A stretch of DNA of 64,000 bases from Octopus vulgaris (lineage: Eukaryota): contig OX597824.1 in NCBI GenBank assembly GCA_951406725.2, positions 30,752,001 to 30,816,000 on the forward strand. Direction: 5' to 3'. Positions 28,688 through 43,771 of the stretch are shown here, piece after piece. The translations under genes and the position numbers were made by a program. Every line of letters begins with the position of its first letter. Positions within the stretch are counted from its first letter, which is position 1. The notes beneath the pieces are model-generated. The model was not told where the DNA came from. It made no database searches and was given only the letters and a program-made list of their open reading frames with translations.

Positions 28688-29698
28688 AAATAACAAACAG
28701 AAATAAAATAAATGGTATTTCAGATATTTCATTTCGATTGTTTCAGAAGTTGGCAATCAATAATCAATAATTTTGATTTATTAAATTGGTCATCAGTTAC
28801 ATCTTCAGAAAATAGACTGAAATATATTTTGTGACTTCATTTTTCTCCCTATATATTCTCCCGAATCTTGGTTTAATCGATGAGAGGAAGACAGAAAGAA
28901 TAAGAAACGGTAAGAAGGGAAGAATAAGCCGCAAGCTAGCGACTCGACAAAAGATAGTGATAGAATATCTAAGAGACTTTTAAAAACATAAATACTTGGG
29001 TCGATTTGCTCGACTAAACTCTTCAAGGCGGTGCTCCAGCATGGCCGCAGCCTACTGGATAAAATCTGAAACGGTAAACGGAAGGTGCACTACTAGATGT
29101 AGCTCTAGGTGAATTTTAGTTTGTAAGAAGAGTTGAGTTCGAGTTATTTTTATAAGACTTAAGTCAGAGAGTTTATAGATCCAATCATTAATCATCGCTC
29201 TTAGAATGTGTTCTGTAATAGTTGAAAGTTCTGAGTATTTTGGGATCGCAGCTAATTATCACTTCATTTATTTTTAATCGAATACATCTTTTGCCAGCAG
29301 AATTTCTATTGTCTCTCATGTACATAAACGATAATCTTGTCTATCTTCCTGATATAGTCTAGCGAAACTAACAATACTTCATTGAAGCTTGAAAGCATTA
29401 TCTTTAGAATTTTAATCATTGTTGTACTAAGCTAACGAGGTAGAGTATCTACGTTTTGGAACCGAAGAGCAGCGGGCAGAAAATCTTTGTTTTCAAAAAG
29501 ATTTGCAATTGAATGCATGTAATATCTGCTCTTGATAAAGGTTTTCACAGAACATTTGTAAACCATTTTTGCGAAGACAGTTCCCATCAAGAGGACAATT
29601 AGTGGTATTTCTAAAGTTACACCAGTTTCACGATTGGGATGTACAACCGTAATAGATATAGGTATGCTAACATTAATTCCAAGTACAATATACTATGC

Positions 29699-29915
29699 TA
29701 AAGGCAGCGAGCTGGGAGAATCGCTAGCGTGCCGGGCGAAATGCTTAGCGGTATTTCGTCTGCCGCTACGTTCTGAGTTCAAATTCCGCCGAGATCGATC
29801 CTTTCGAGTCGATTAAATAAGTACCAGTTACGCACTGGGGTCGATGTAATCGACTTAATCCCTTTATCTGTCCTTGTTTGTCCCCTCTATGTTTAAGCCC
29901 TTGTGGGCAATAAAG
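29699..29915 (+). mobile_element. tRNA-derived SINE family A (representative)
   Basis: AAGGC.GCGAGCTGG...TTCTGAGTTCAAATTCCGCCGAG; other copies at ~360, 6850-7060, 14735-14940, 16245-16455, 17215-17650, 36070, 39280-39510, 61440-61845. Confidence 0.85.
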
Positions 29916-30046
29916 AGATTATTGAACGCACAATTTTAGTCCACTATATCAATAAGTTCGATTTCCATGTATAAATCTGTTTGATGTCCTTACATACATG
30001 CATGGCTGCATACATACATACGTACATGCATAAATCAATCAATCTG

Positions 30047-30137
<91 letters not shown>

Positions 30138-30705
30138 GTATATATATAACTAAATATGTGGATATTTCTTTCTCGTTATTTTTATACCAAATACTAATTT
30201 CATATTTGACTAGTATCAGTCAAATTTCTTACTATAAGGTTGGAAAGAAGTCATGTCGCATTTCAAGATAGGAAAGAAACACAGTCTTAGTTGTGTTAGT
30301 AGATATTTTTCATCAAGATCATATTTCCCCTCCTTATTTGTAACGCAATTCCATCTATTTTTCGCTTACATATTGAATTTGTAATGTGCAAATTAGCTGG
30401 CTTATTTCTTTTTCTGAAGCCCATAGCTTTTCAGATTGCCACCTAGCTATTTACTCGCAAAACAACAATTGTTATTCGTATGAATTTGAATTTATAATCT
30501 GGTTATAGAAGTTGAAGGTTTCGATGCAGTTATCCATAGTTATCCTCTCTCTCTTTGATTTTCGAAGAGATATTTTCATTAGAAAGGCAACATATCCCTC
30601 TTTGACAGAACATGCTTTTTCTTGTTTGTTCAAAACAACGATATTCAGCCTGTCATGTTTGGATTTTGTTGAAGTCTTGATGGAAATATTCCACCAATAT
30701 TCCTT

Positions 30706-30985
30706 GTGGAGGCGCAATAGCCCAATGGTTAGAGCAGCGGGCTCGCGGTCGGAGGATCGTGGTTTCGATTCCCAGACCGGGCGCTGTATATGTTTATTGA
30801 GCGAAAACATCTAGAGCTCCATGCGACTCCGGCAAGGAGTGGTGGCGACATCTGTTATACTCTTTCTCTCACTCTCTTGAGTAACGCTGCGATGGACTGG
30901 CGTCCCGTCCAGTTGGGGGGAAACACATACGCCATAGAAACCGGGAAACCGGGCCCATGAGCCTGGCTAGACTTGAAAAAGGGCG
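30706..30985 (+). mobile_element. tRNA-derived SINE family C (representative)
   Basis: GGAGGCGCAAT.GCCCA.TGGTTAG...GTTTCGATTCCCAGACCGGG; other copies at 34845-35142 (-), 51808-52070, 52458-52715. Confidence 0.85.
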
Positions 30986-31251
30986 TTGTGTTGCTGTTTA
31001 CGCATCTATTCAATAACAGAGAGATTTTCCGTATTTATCCTGGAACAGTCATTTTTTTCTAATGGCACAGAGTATTGTTTTGCGACAGCGTTGTGTCGCA
31101 TTCGGAGGTTATACATTGATGACATTTTGGGGCAACTGCATATTACGTGTGCTGTCTTCTACAGAAATGTGACATAATTGACATTTTCTGTTGAGGCTTG
31201 TAGGGAAAGCTACACTTCATGTTGATATTAGTGTGTGTGTGTGTGTGTGTT

Positions 31252-31324
<73 letters not shown>

Positions 31325-31678
31325 ATGTATGTATGTATGCATGAGTGTGTTTACGTGTGTTTGCGTGTGTACTCCACCACTCACTAGCAGAGGTGTTTTG
31401 AGTTGTCCTGGCTTCCAATATGTAGAAACATATTTTATTAAACTGAAATGATAACTCATGTAACAAGTTTCTCTCTTTACTCTTTTACTCTTTTACTTGT
31501 TTCAGTCATTTGACTGTGGCCATGCTGGAGCACCGCTTTTAGTCGAGCAAATCGACCCCAGGACTTATTCTTTGTAAGCCTAGTACTTATTCTATCGGTC
31601 TCTTTTGCCGAACCGCTAAGTTACGGAGACGTAAACACACCAGTATCGGTTGTCAAGAGATGCTAGGGGACAAACATT

Positions 31679-31725
<47 letters not shown>

Positions 31726-34559
31726 CTATCTACATATATACGATGGACTTCTTTCAATTTCCGTCTACCAAATCCACTCACAAGGCTTTGGTCGCCGAGG
31801 CTATAGTAGAAGAGGTGTCACAAAGTGGGACTGAACCCGGAACCATGTGGTTGGTAAGCAAGCTACTTACCACACAGCCACTCCTACGCCTATGTATTAT
31901 TATAAGTATTTTTTAAAAATGGAATCGTATTAGCTTATATATTTTCTGTACAGTAATACAGACACATGTATAAAGTTAAAATTTTATAAGTAATATATAT
32001 GAAACTTTTGAATAGCATTTATTGATAATTTATCTATATGACTTCAGAAAATATCTTAATATTTCTGTTTATACATTTTCTTGTAATTCTCAATTTCTGT
32101 ATATTATATAAAATACAGGCAATTTTTTGAGAAACGTTCTCTGTTTAGGGAGAGCTCTGGGCGAAAAAGAAAAGCATTTCTTGTTTTTGCTCTGATGAAC
32201 AGATCTTTTCTTAGCTCATCACGTAAGTGTGTGACATAGAGCAGAACAAGAGAGAAGCATCAACTTGTTTGTTCAACTCCGACAACACTAAAAGACTGTC
32301 TTTTAGACGTACTGATAGTGATAGGAAAAACGTACATGCGCGCGTGCGCGCGTGCACACACAAAATACATACACACACATGTATATACACACACACACAC
32401 ACACATACATACATACATACATACATACAAACATACATACATGCATATGTACGGTCGTAAATACATAGATTCGCAAACACTCCCACAAATCTACACAGGC
32501 ACATATATACGCAATTTAAACAGAATGACACGAACATTAATTAATACACAAATAATAAAATATTCATACATACAAATTAACGCACACACACACATACACA
32601 CACAAACACGCGCACACCCCACCCACAGACGCGCAAACGTCGTTTTTAACAAACGCAAGCACAAAGTACTCAATACAGGGCGTAAACAGGAGAGGCAGAA
32701 TACAGTTATAATTTAGCGGCTGTTTCAAGATAACTTGCTTTATGCGGCGAACTTTGTTGATTCTGAAATGAAAACTATGTTCGAATCCAAAATGTCGTCA
32801 GCGCCTCATTACCTCTCTAAGAAAAAGACGGTATCACAAATATGAAAATTTGTTTTAGAAAAATGTCCATAATTTAAATTTTTTGAAGGGAGATAACTTT
32901 GTTCACTTACTAGAGAAAATCAATATTTAGCTAGAATTTTGGTTAATTTCTGCATGTTGATTTTTTTGATCACCTATATAGCGGTTGTAGACTGAACCAA
33001 TTTGCACTTAAAAATCAAGTTCTAACTGTAGACTTGTTGAATCTACTGTCGATACATGCGGTGCTGTGGTAAATCGACTCACAATTTAAGTTAAAATTTA
33101 ATCTAATTATGATGTTCTCTATTAAGTGAAGTATAGTTGTCTCCCTTGAAAAATATGCTTTGACATTACTCAGTTTTGAATTTTTGAAAAATTGCCATAT
33201 AATCATTCTTTGACTTGGTTGAACAACCAGTTCCAACCAGTCGGAATTCCCAGCATGGGTTTTACTATTCATCTTTTCTATCGCTGAATACAAATCATGG
33301 CTCGTGAGTCCTCCATTCGGGTGATTTTTCCTGGGTAAACCATTTCTCACTCTTGTACTCTAAACCATCACACAGTTACCCATTTATATCTGAGTGGACT
33401 GGAGCAACGTGAAATGAAATGTTTTGTTCAAGATCACAGTCGGACTTGGAACCGAAACCATGATCTTGCGATCGTGAGTGCAATGCCTCAAACTACTAGG
33501 CCATGTGCCTTCACACATTGAATTTCTAGAATTCTTCCGCCCTTTGACGGGTTTTGTTTTTCATCCAGCAGGATGCCCAATAAATCACCCTCCCCACAAG
33601 CAAGCTTCGTAAAGTAAACGGTTTAGTCACCGAAAATCCGACGATGTGACAGGTTATACTGGGTTACTTGTTACCACTAGAGTTCGAGATTAATTCGTTT
33701 AGCCAATGAAACAGTAAAGATTTGCCACCTTTTTGGATTGAAGCATCTCTTAGTTTCTTATGAACGATGTCGAGTAATCAAGAAGCCTATATCGAGCTAT
33801 CAAGAAGCTTTGTACAGCAGCATAATGTACCGTCTAAGAAAGATATTTATACTCTACACATTCTATAAAATAACTATTTTCCTGTTCGCTATAAATAACG
33901 TATGCGATGCCCCAACTGGTAAAGCGATATAAATGAATGACATTCCATAACCAAAAATGCGAAAGAAATATTATTCATTGGCTCAAAACATCACAACATT
34001 CTAAAAAACAAAACAAAACAAAACTCCATATTAAGCACTCATAAGAAATCGGAAAACGAGCGAAAAATGAAATGGCATGCATAGTTCTTCGATAAAGGCT
34101 CTAGTAACCTGTCCCAGACAAAAGGTTCGACTACAAATCCAACTAAAATCACCCACAAGATAAGATCGAAAAAGATATCAACTCATAATAAAGTAAGATT
34201 TGATAGAAGCATCAACAACTTCCAAATGAAATTAAATGCATATTTATTAAAGTTTAAACCCGGGTTCACCAAACTTTTTCTACTATCGAACCTCTTCTCC
34301 TTCCGCACCGACCAGCCTACCCTACCCTTCCGTACCATATCTTAAATGCGTACAAGCTACTGATACTGACAATTAAAATGTTAGCTAAAATATATATGTA
34401 CGAAAAATTAGGAAATCCTATTGAATATGATACACTTTTTACATTTAAAACTGTCTACGAGTATACAGTATTTAACTTTCAATTTTTATGAAATTGTTTT
34501 TCACGGTTAGAAAATGTGAAAAACATCATATTACTGGGACATCTTTTATTGAAAGTAAC

Positions 34560-36057
34560 AACATCAATGTGAGGGATGAGCATGGTGATCCTGAATCAAG
34601 GCATTGATATCGAGCTCAATGTTGGTCAGTTTCAGTCCCAAATCTTTTCGTTCCTTCAGGTTCAAGCGATTCCTCTTTTTGCTGAAGATTGCGTTTGCAT
34701 GGCTGAAGCCAGCTTCCAATATGTAAGAGCTGGAAAGCCGCTTTCAGGTATGGGTACCTTTCCCTTGTTTTCTTATTGTACCAAAAGTCACTCAGGCTTC
34801 TGATCCCCCAAAAGGATTTCGCCGCAATATCGACACTTGTTTTGTTTGTTCCTTCTCGAGCCATGTCTGGCTCATAAGGGCCGGTGTCCCGGTTTCTTGA
34901 CGTATAGGTTCCCCATCTGGACGGGACGCATGTCCGTCGCAGATGAACTGCAAGATGCAGGAGGAAAGAGTGAGAGAAAGTTGTGGCGAAAGAGTCAGTA
35001 GAAGTTTCGCCATTACCTCCTACCGGAGCCGCGTGGAGCTTAGGTGTTTCGCTCATAAACACACATCATCCAGTCTGAGATTCGAACCTGCGATCCCTCG
35101 AGCGCGAGTACGCTGCTCTAACCACTAGGCCATGTGCCTCCACAATATCGACACTCAAATCAGACAGTTCGCTTTCAAGCTCTGGGCACATTTTCAAATT
35201 TTCAAATTTCTTGTCGAACGGTGCCGTAATTCACGCCGGAATTTACATGTTCTCGATGTCCTCAAACCGACCACGGAAACCATCTTGCAGATTTTGCAAG
35301 TGATCGGTGAAGATCTCGATATCAGCTCCTGAACTATTTCGTCCTGAATTCAATGAGAAGAGCATCAAGTTCGAAAAATACTTAAAATTTCTTCTGACCA
35401 AAGAATGTTTGAACAATGCAAGTTTCACCTGGAATCCCATGATAATTGTCCGGGCTTGAATTATTGTTACATCCTTGTCCTGCAGACGTTTTCCAATCTC
35501 ATTAAACTTGCAGTAAATGTCTGCCAAATAAAACAAATGCTTTTCATATTTCTTCAATTCATCACGCAGCGTTGGAGCCACTTCTCTCAGAAACTCTACT
35601 GTGGAATCAAAGATGTCGACAATCCTTTTCAAACTTTCACCTCTAGATAACCACCTCACCTCTGTGTGGAAGAGTAACTGCTTTGCAGTTTCATCATTTT
35701 CCTCGCACAACCTCGCCAACAATCTTGAGTTGAGCGGGATTGTGTTTTTATTTTATTGACTGCTTTCACACAAACCATCAATGCTTCATGTAGCTCACCA
35801 CTAAGCTTCTTGGCCACAAAATGGTTTCGGTGCAATATGCAATGAATGGCAAGTACATTAGGAACATCTTGCTTGAGAAAGGCAGCGAAACCTCTGTACC
35901 TTCCAACTATAGCTGGTGCACCGTCGGTTGCAACGGCTTAACGTTTTCGAGATTGATGTCACGTTCTTTCAAATACTGTTTTAGGCATCTGGAAACCGTT
36001 TCCCCTTTCGTATCGCATTCCAGATATTTTGTGAATAGAAACTCATCAGTAACACTT
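34560..36057 (-). mobile_element. hAT (Buster/ZBED8-like) transposase remnant interrupted by a SINE
   Basis: LLFHTEVRWLSRG, LFYLADIY in ORF 35243-35722; SINE at ~34845-35142. Confidence 0.85.
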
Positions 36058-36427
36058 TAAAAAAACAAAGGAAGCGGCGAGCTGGCAGGATTGTTAGCAC
36101 GCCAGGTTAAATGCTTAGTGGTATTTCGTCAGTCCTTACGTTCTGAGTTCAAATTCAGCCGAAGCCGACTATGCTTTTCAACCTTTAGAGTTGAGTAATG
36201 AGATCGATGTAATAGAGCTAACTACTCCTGAGAAAGCGTATAAAAACTGCACCCCTCTGCCAAGCCATGTCTAGCCAGTGTGGCAGAGTAGGATCATGAA
36301 ACCAGTGTGGTATTTGTCCTCATCTTGTTTGTTGTTAATACAACGTTTCGGTTGATATACCCTCCAGACTTCAACAGGTGTCTTAGGGAAATTTCGAACC
36401 TGGGTCCTCATTCCTAATGTATTTTTT

Positions 36428-36553
<126 letters not shown>

Positions 36554-36858
36554 GTTATTGTTATTCAGGTCACTGCCTGGAATCGAACTCTTGGGGTTAG
36601 TAGCCCGCGCTCTTAACCACAACGCCTTATGCCCCAGGTATCGCCAAGCTTTTGGCAAAATTTGATGCCGATTCGCTGCTCAACTTTCCCTGTCATGGTC
36701 ATTGCGACGATCACACGCTACACGCTTTCCTTCCAAGCACTGGTGTAAATGTTACAACTTAGTACACATGCACAATAAAGTTTAAGGTAAATCTGTGCAA
36801 AGCAGCTTCACTCTCTGTGCATTAGCTTCGTTACAATAGCAACAGTCCAGATACTTAT

Positions 36859-36899
<41 letters not shown>

Positions 36900-37687
36900 T
36901 GACGGGCTTCTTCACGCATTCTATCGACCAAATTCACTCACAAGGCATTGGTCACCCCGGAGCTACAGCAAAGATACTTGCCCAAGGTCTGCACAACTGG
37001 GTTGGATCCCAATTCACGTTGCTGCAAAGTGAGGTTGTTTACCACAGAGTCATATTTAAAAGAAAATTATGAGATGATCAAGTCTTGAAATCTTTTCTCG
37101 TAAGTCTGTTCAATCAAGGCTGACCTGACTCTATACAACAACATCACCGGTTACATTCTGAAATCAGTTAGAGTACACACCTACCGACATAGGTCTGGCT
37201 GGGTAAACCCCAGAAGTTGGAGTGGTTATCTTTTGCTCCGGAAATGTATGAAAGATGATAAGCTCTGCAACTTCAATCAAAATCAAGCCCAGTCTGTTTT
37301 TCAAATCATGTCAAATACATTCCAGTGAAGACGTCAACATAATTTTTTCTACTAATAATTAAATCCTGTTCTATATATTATACAATCCCATGTGTAGATA
37401 ATGTTCAAAGGTTTGAAAGATACACATACTCTCACACAGACAAATTGTAACTGAATTTGATGTGTGTATGTATGTATGTATGTATGTATGTATGTATGTA
37501 TGTATGTATGTATGTATGTATGTATGTATGTGAGTGAGCATATATATGCAAATATGTAGACATGATAGGATAGACAGATATCAAGTTAACTTTTCATCCT
37601 TGTGGCAACGATAGAATAAATTACTAATCAAGTACTAGTTCGATTTCATCGACTGTTTTCTTCCTGCCAAATTATGATCATATATGT

Positions 37688-37976
37688 CAATGGTCCTCAA
37701 TTGGGGTCCATATGACCCATGGAGATCCATATGACCCTTCGGGATCCATATGATCTTTGGAGATCCATATAAGATTTTGTAGTGAAAATTTATGCGCAAT
37801 AAATTGGTCATATTGCTACAATATACAAAATAGTTACTGTTCTATACAATTCCTATTAACATTTAATTATAAGAACGTAACAGGTTTTTTTTTAAACATC
37901 GAATGGTTACGGGGTTCCAGGAGAGTAAAATAGAAATCAAAAGGGTCCTTAGACGAAATATGGTTGAGAATCACTG
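37688..37976. mobile_element. hAT-type MITE
   Basis: TIRs CAATGGTCCTCAA / TTGAGAATCACTG; 8-bp TSD ATATATGT (right copy split by the mariner); internal ~18-bp GATCCATATGA subrepeats. Confidence 0.8.
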
Positions 37977-37981
37977 ATATA

Positions 37982-39255
37982 CGAGGGGCGTTCAATAAGT
38001 AATGCCCCTGACCCACTTCCCATAGCAGTAGAGCAACGAAACTTGGCACAGTTATTAGTCTTTTTCTACATAGGAACAACTCAGAGTTACACATTTCTCC
38101 CATCGTTTGATGCAACTCTGGAGACCGTTTTTGTAGAAGACTCCGGCTTGGTCCTCCAACCACGACGTGACTTCAGAAATCAAGGCTGCATCATCTGGGA
38201 AACGCTTTCCTTTCAAAAACAACTTCATGGCTGGGAAGAGGTGAAAATCAGAGGGTGCAAGGTCAGGAGAGTAGGGGGATTGGGGAGGAGTTAATAGCTG
38301 CACGCCTGTGCTTCTGATCTGGCGACACGCAAGTTGTAGACCGGAGCGTTGTCCTGCAGGAGGAGGATGCCTTTGCTGATCTTGCCCCGCCTCTTGATTT
38401 TGATAGCTTCTCTTAATTTCCTCAAAAGTGAAGCATAATAGGCTCCTGTAATTGTGGTACCCTTTGCCAGGAAATCTGTCATCACTACTCCGTCCTGGCC
38501 CCAGAAGACTGTGAGCATGACCTTGCCAGCGGAGGGCTGCACCCTTGCCTTCTTTGGAGGAGGTGAGTCACGGTGCTTCCACTGCATTGACTGGGCTTTG
38601 GTGTCTGGATCATAGTGATGGACCCAGGTTTCATCCTGTGTAATCAGTCTTTTGAAAAATTTTGACTCATCTTCTTGGCACATCTCCAAATTCATCCTCG
38701 AGCACTCGACGCGTTCTTGCTTCTGGAAAGGTGTGAGCAACATGGGAATCCATCTGGCAGACACCTTTTGCATATGCAAATGGTCATGAATGATAGTTTC
38801 CACAGACCCGGTACTAAACTTGACCTCATGGGCTATTTGGCGAATAGTTATGCGTCGATCTTCCAAAATGGCAGCCTCAACTTGACGGACAGATGCCTCA
38901 TCAATGGCAGAAGGGGGGAGGGGGTCGACCAGATCTGGGAGCTGTTTCCGCAGAGTTACAACCATGTTTGAATTCACGATGCCAGCGTTTTACAAGGTCA
39001 TATGATGGGGCATCATCACCATAAGTTACTTTCATTTCATCAAAAGTCTCCTGTGGTGTGCGTCCTTTCAAATACAAAAACCGGATCACTGCTCGACACT
39101 CAACAGGCTCCATTTCACACTTGACTCAGTTCAAACACCTGTATTTCAGAAACCACAATTAGTTCAGAGCTGTAATTTGCCACTTAATCTATAGAGATAT
39201 AATTAATTGCACATGTAATTAATTATCAGAGGCATTACTTATTGAACGCCCCTCG
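37982..39255 (-). mobile_element. Mariner transposon, second copy of the same family
   Basis: Same TIRs, TA duplication; nucleotide sequence closely matches 13200-14487. Confidence 0.96.
38055..39113 (-). pseudogene. Mariner transposase, frameshifted
   Basis: ORFs 39113, 38977 and 38303 with the same motifs as copy 1. Confidence 0.93.
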
Positions 39256-41526
39256 TATGTTAGAAATCACTTTTATTATCTGTTTCTTTACTACCCACAA
39301 GGGGTCAAACACAAAGGGGACAAAAAAGGACAGACAAAGGGATTAATCGATCACATCTACCCCAGTACGTAACTGGTACTTATTTAATCGACCCCGAAAG
39401 GATGAACGGCAAAGTCGACCTCAGAACTTGAACTCAGAACGTAGCGGCAGACAAAATACGGCTACGCATTTCGCCCGGCGTGCTAACGTTTCTGCCAGCT
39501 CGCCGCCTTATAATCACTTTTATTATCATTAAATGACATGCAATATCTGTTGCGGTTCTTTACTTTCTTACTTGAAATCTAGCAGCAGTCAACTTTTCTT
39601 TTCACCTTTCCATGGCTCGATGAAATAAAATACCAGTCACTCACTAGTGTTAGTTTAATTAACTGAACTCTTTTATTCTAAATTTCGTGCTTGTACAATG
39701 TTAGAAATGACTATCATTAAGATGATGAGTGGCAAAATATTGTTTTATTTAGATCAACCAATTTTCAGTACAAATTATACGTATTAGTCCTCTTCATTCG
39801 AAAAAAAAAAAAAAAAAATAAATAAATAAAGGAAGTAAAGAAATTATCTTTCAGTTATTTTCTGAAATAATTCCATGTCTTAAACAACCACATAAAATAT
39901 GTCTAGTTCTGGGTCAATTATATATTAGTTTCTCTATTTAAGTCAGCCTTGAATAATTCACGTATTTCCCATTTAGCCTACTCATATATGGCAAACTTAT
40001 AATATTTGTTAAACTAAATCTAATTGCATTTCATTTATTTTCTTAGTATATTATCAAATATTATATACCCATCTACATTATATATTTAATTATGGGTTTA
40101 AAACCCAGGTATTGATGCTTCCTGTCACCTTTCTGGTTGAGTAAAACAAGTAACAGTCATATCTAAGTTCGATTCAATTGATCATGTCCTTAGCTAAAAA
40201 TTTGAAGTGCCAAGATAAGCTCTACGGGATCACTTGACCTGCCACAAACAGTAGCTAAATTTCACTTAAACTACACCCTTAGTCTCTTGAAAAATGAAGC
40301 ACACAATAGATGATGTAGAAAAGGTAAATCACTCACTCACTCACTCACTCACTCACTCACTCACTCACTCACTCACTCACTCACTCACTCACTCACTCAC
40401 TCAATCAATCAATCAATCAATTTCTGCTATCTCTGCCTCCGGCAGAATGCGCACTAACATGAGATCGTTGCCTCTATAGTATTCTATCTTTGGGAAGAGC
40501 GTTTACAAAATTATGCCAAGGCTGTGATGTTACCTCTCTATCTCTTAGTTTGTCGACCTCTGTTTCTCTTTCCACTTATCATGCCTACCAAACAGCAGAA
40601 CAGGGTAATTTTACAGGAAAGGTTGCATGTTCATAGAATGTCTTTGATCCTTGTCTATTCTATCAAAACTGGCCTGAAACTAATTGATGATAAAAACATT
40701 ATTTTGTAACTACTCTTAACTGACAGCTATCTATTAAATCATACAATTCTTATCAGTCAGCCTTCAGCACCTATTTATTTAACCCATTTAAATAAATATA
40801 CTCCATTTATTCTAATGGGATTAGTTATTATCATCCCGTACAATTATTCTACAATCCTCATTCTTTAATTTTCAGCGCATTTATCCTAACTTGAACCGCA
40901 GTTCTTCGAGCTCCTATCCGACGCTCCTAATAATGACATTAAAATCAAGTACAGATCATGCAAAAGTGGTTAATATAAATCGTGTTGATTGGCTTATTAC
41001 AATGATTTGTTCAGCCAAAGAACAGAAATCTTATTGAAACGATTTCCACCTAATCCACAAGTTATCTAGAGACTTTTTTTATAGGCTACTGTGACTAAAG
41101 GATTGCATCTGGCCTAGTGGACAGGATGCCACTGAAACAGGAGTCTCAGTTTTTATCGTTTTATTTTCATCTGCTGTGTCAGGAGAGAAAGCATTCTATG
41201 GGGTTCACTGCGTCTCGTGGTAAATGAGAAAGTACGGCTTACTTTGTAAACATTGAGTATAAGTGTTGTTAAAATGCAATGTCCTGTAGAGTGCCCACAA
41301 CACACTCCTCATCTGGCAAGCCAGGTGGGTGGTTTCGTCGCCGACCATGAAACAAGTTGTTCTGTGTGTCATATAATCAGTGTGGCTTAAATTGAATTGC
41401 AATTCTCTTGGAATAGGCTTACTATGAATAAGTCCTGGGATCGAAATGTTCCACTAAAGGCGGTGCTCCAGTATGGCCGCGATCGGATGGCTGAGATGAG
41501 TAAAAGAATGAAGGAATATCTATCTG

Positions 41527-41587
<61 letters not shown>

Positions 41588-42083
41588 ACATACATACATA
41601 CATACATACATACATACATGCATGCATACATACATACATACATACATACATACATACATACATACATGCATGCATGCATACATACATGCATACATACATA
41701 CATACATACATACATACATACATACATACATACATACATACATACTATTCACACACAAAACATAATCAATACAACACCGAAGTGTACACGAGACATTCAT
41801 AGTCAATACTATTAGTTTAACGCTTGAAGAAGAAAAGAGTAAAAAGCATTATGATTCGGACATATTCCTTCTTTAGACATCAGAGAAAAAATCAGGAAAA
41901 ACTGAGGAGATAAGAAAGAAAAGAAAGGAAGAAAAAGAAGAGAGCCACGATAATAACGCACGTGAGATCAGTTCGCGTGTTCGACCCCTGACTAACAGGA
42001 AGTTCGAGAGGATGATTGTTGTTTTTAATGGCGAGAGAGTGAAACAGGAGTGCCTGTTGGTGTACGTGTGCATGTAGTGTATA

Positions 42084-42132
<49 letters not shown>

Positions 42133-42771
42133 GCACACACATATATACAAGTATATATGTACATATGTATACACACACACACACACGTACACACATATAT
42201 ATATGCATGTGTGTGTAACTATTTATATGTGTGCATGTGTGCCCGCGTGTGTGTGTAAGCAGGAGAAGCAGCGTATGTATGAGTGTCTGTGTGTGTATGC
42301 ATGCGTATATATGTATGTGTGTGTGTATGTATGTATGTATGTATGTATGTATGTATGTATGTATGTATGTATGTATGTATGTATGAGCATGTCTGGATGC
42401 ATAATTGGGTGTGTACGCGATTATTAACGTTTCCTAGAGCTAAATGGCAGTATCATTCTTCCGTTTCCTTAGACTGTCACATTAACTTGGCAACAAGCCA
42501 TCACTTTATCGTGCTGCTACTGTATAAGTCTCTCTCAGAGATTTAGAAATGCAATATTTCTAAATTTGTAGATCAGTGAATTTATTTCATTTGAAATTCT
42601 ATAGGTTTTGAAAGGCGAATAAGCATCGACTGTCAGCAAGCCAAGCTACTCCAGACTAATAAAGGGCAATGACTCTGAAAGTAGTCTCTGGAAACGATGT
42701 TTCCTGGGGCCAAATATCAGTAGCATTCTTCCCTTTCCTGGGACTGCCACGACATTAAGTGGCAACAAACC

Positions 42772-42817
<46 letters not shown>

Positions 42818-43771
42818 TTTCAGTGCGAATGGCTTTATTATACGGTGCCGTTTTTGCAATCCTGTAAATAATAATAATGGTATTTTTATATAAGCTTAAA
42901 GCTTAAGGCTATCACCGTGCAATGTCTGAGGAAAATAGCCTGATAACTACCAAATCAACTCACAAGGCTTTGGTCGGCACGCGGCTATAGTAGAAGACAC
43001 TTGCCTAAGGTGTCACACAGTAGAATTGAACCCGGAATCATGTGGTTGGGAAGCAAGTTTCTTAACAGTCATATATATGTATATGTATATGCATATGTAT
43101 ATGTATGTGTGTGTATGCACTAATTACATAATGCTGTCCACGTGGCAACGGGTAAATATCAGAAATATTCCCTAAACGTCGAGTTTACTCACTAAAATTT
43201 TCAACGCACTTAGGAGCGTTGTTTAGTTTGTAGTGACGTCATTCTTCAGTGTGCATGTGCGGGGCTGGAACCTTCTGGAAAGGCCTAAGGAAGTTCCCTG
43301 ATGCACATGCGCTAAAAACTGGGGGGAAAAAATTCTATCGCGTTCCTTGTTAGCGTCGGTGACTTGAAACACGGCTGTTGAAGAGAGAGGACGTGTTTAA
43401 ACGTGTGATTAGCCTATTCTCCTGTCCCAGACGCTTGGGATTTGACCTGCTCTGTTGCTTATGAATTTGTTGTGAGGTTTATCTTACAAGTGTTAAACTT
43501 CAGCCTTGCTGTACCGACACCAAGTGGTTACCAATATACCAACGTGCCTTCTTTTTGTAAATAAGAAAATAAAGAGTCAAATATTTTTCAAGGTTGCTTT
43601 CTTGTTCCTGACTGGTAGTTTCTGTAAACAAAAAACGAAATTGTGTTGCACCCAAACAGTGTAAAGACACAACCAGTTCCTTTAGAAGTTCTTTGTGTCA
43701 GTTTGCGCGTGTGTATGTGCGCGCACGCGAGTATGTGAGCGTGTGCGTGCGTGTGCTTGCGTGTATATATA

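Noticed and set aside
30706-30785. tRNA-like heads as tRNA genes
   Set aside because: They continue into SINE bodies found in several copies.
43133-43670. Possible solo LTR (TG start, AATAAA)
   Set aside because: No matching terminus or TSD identified.
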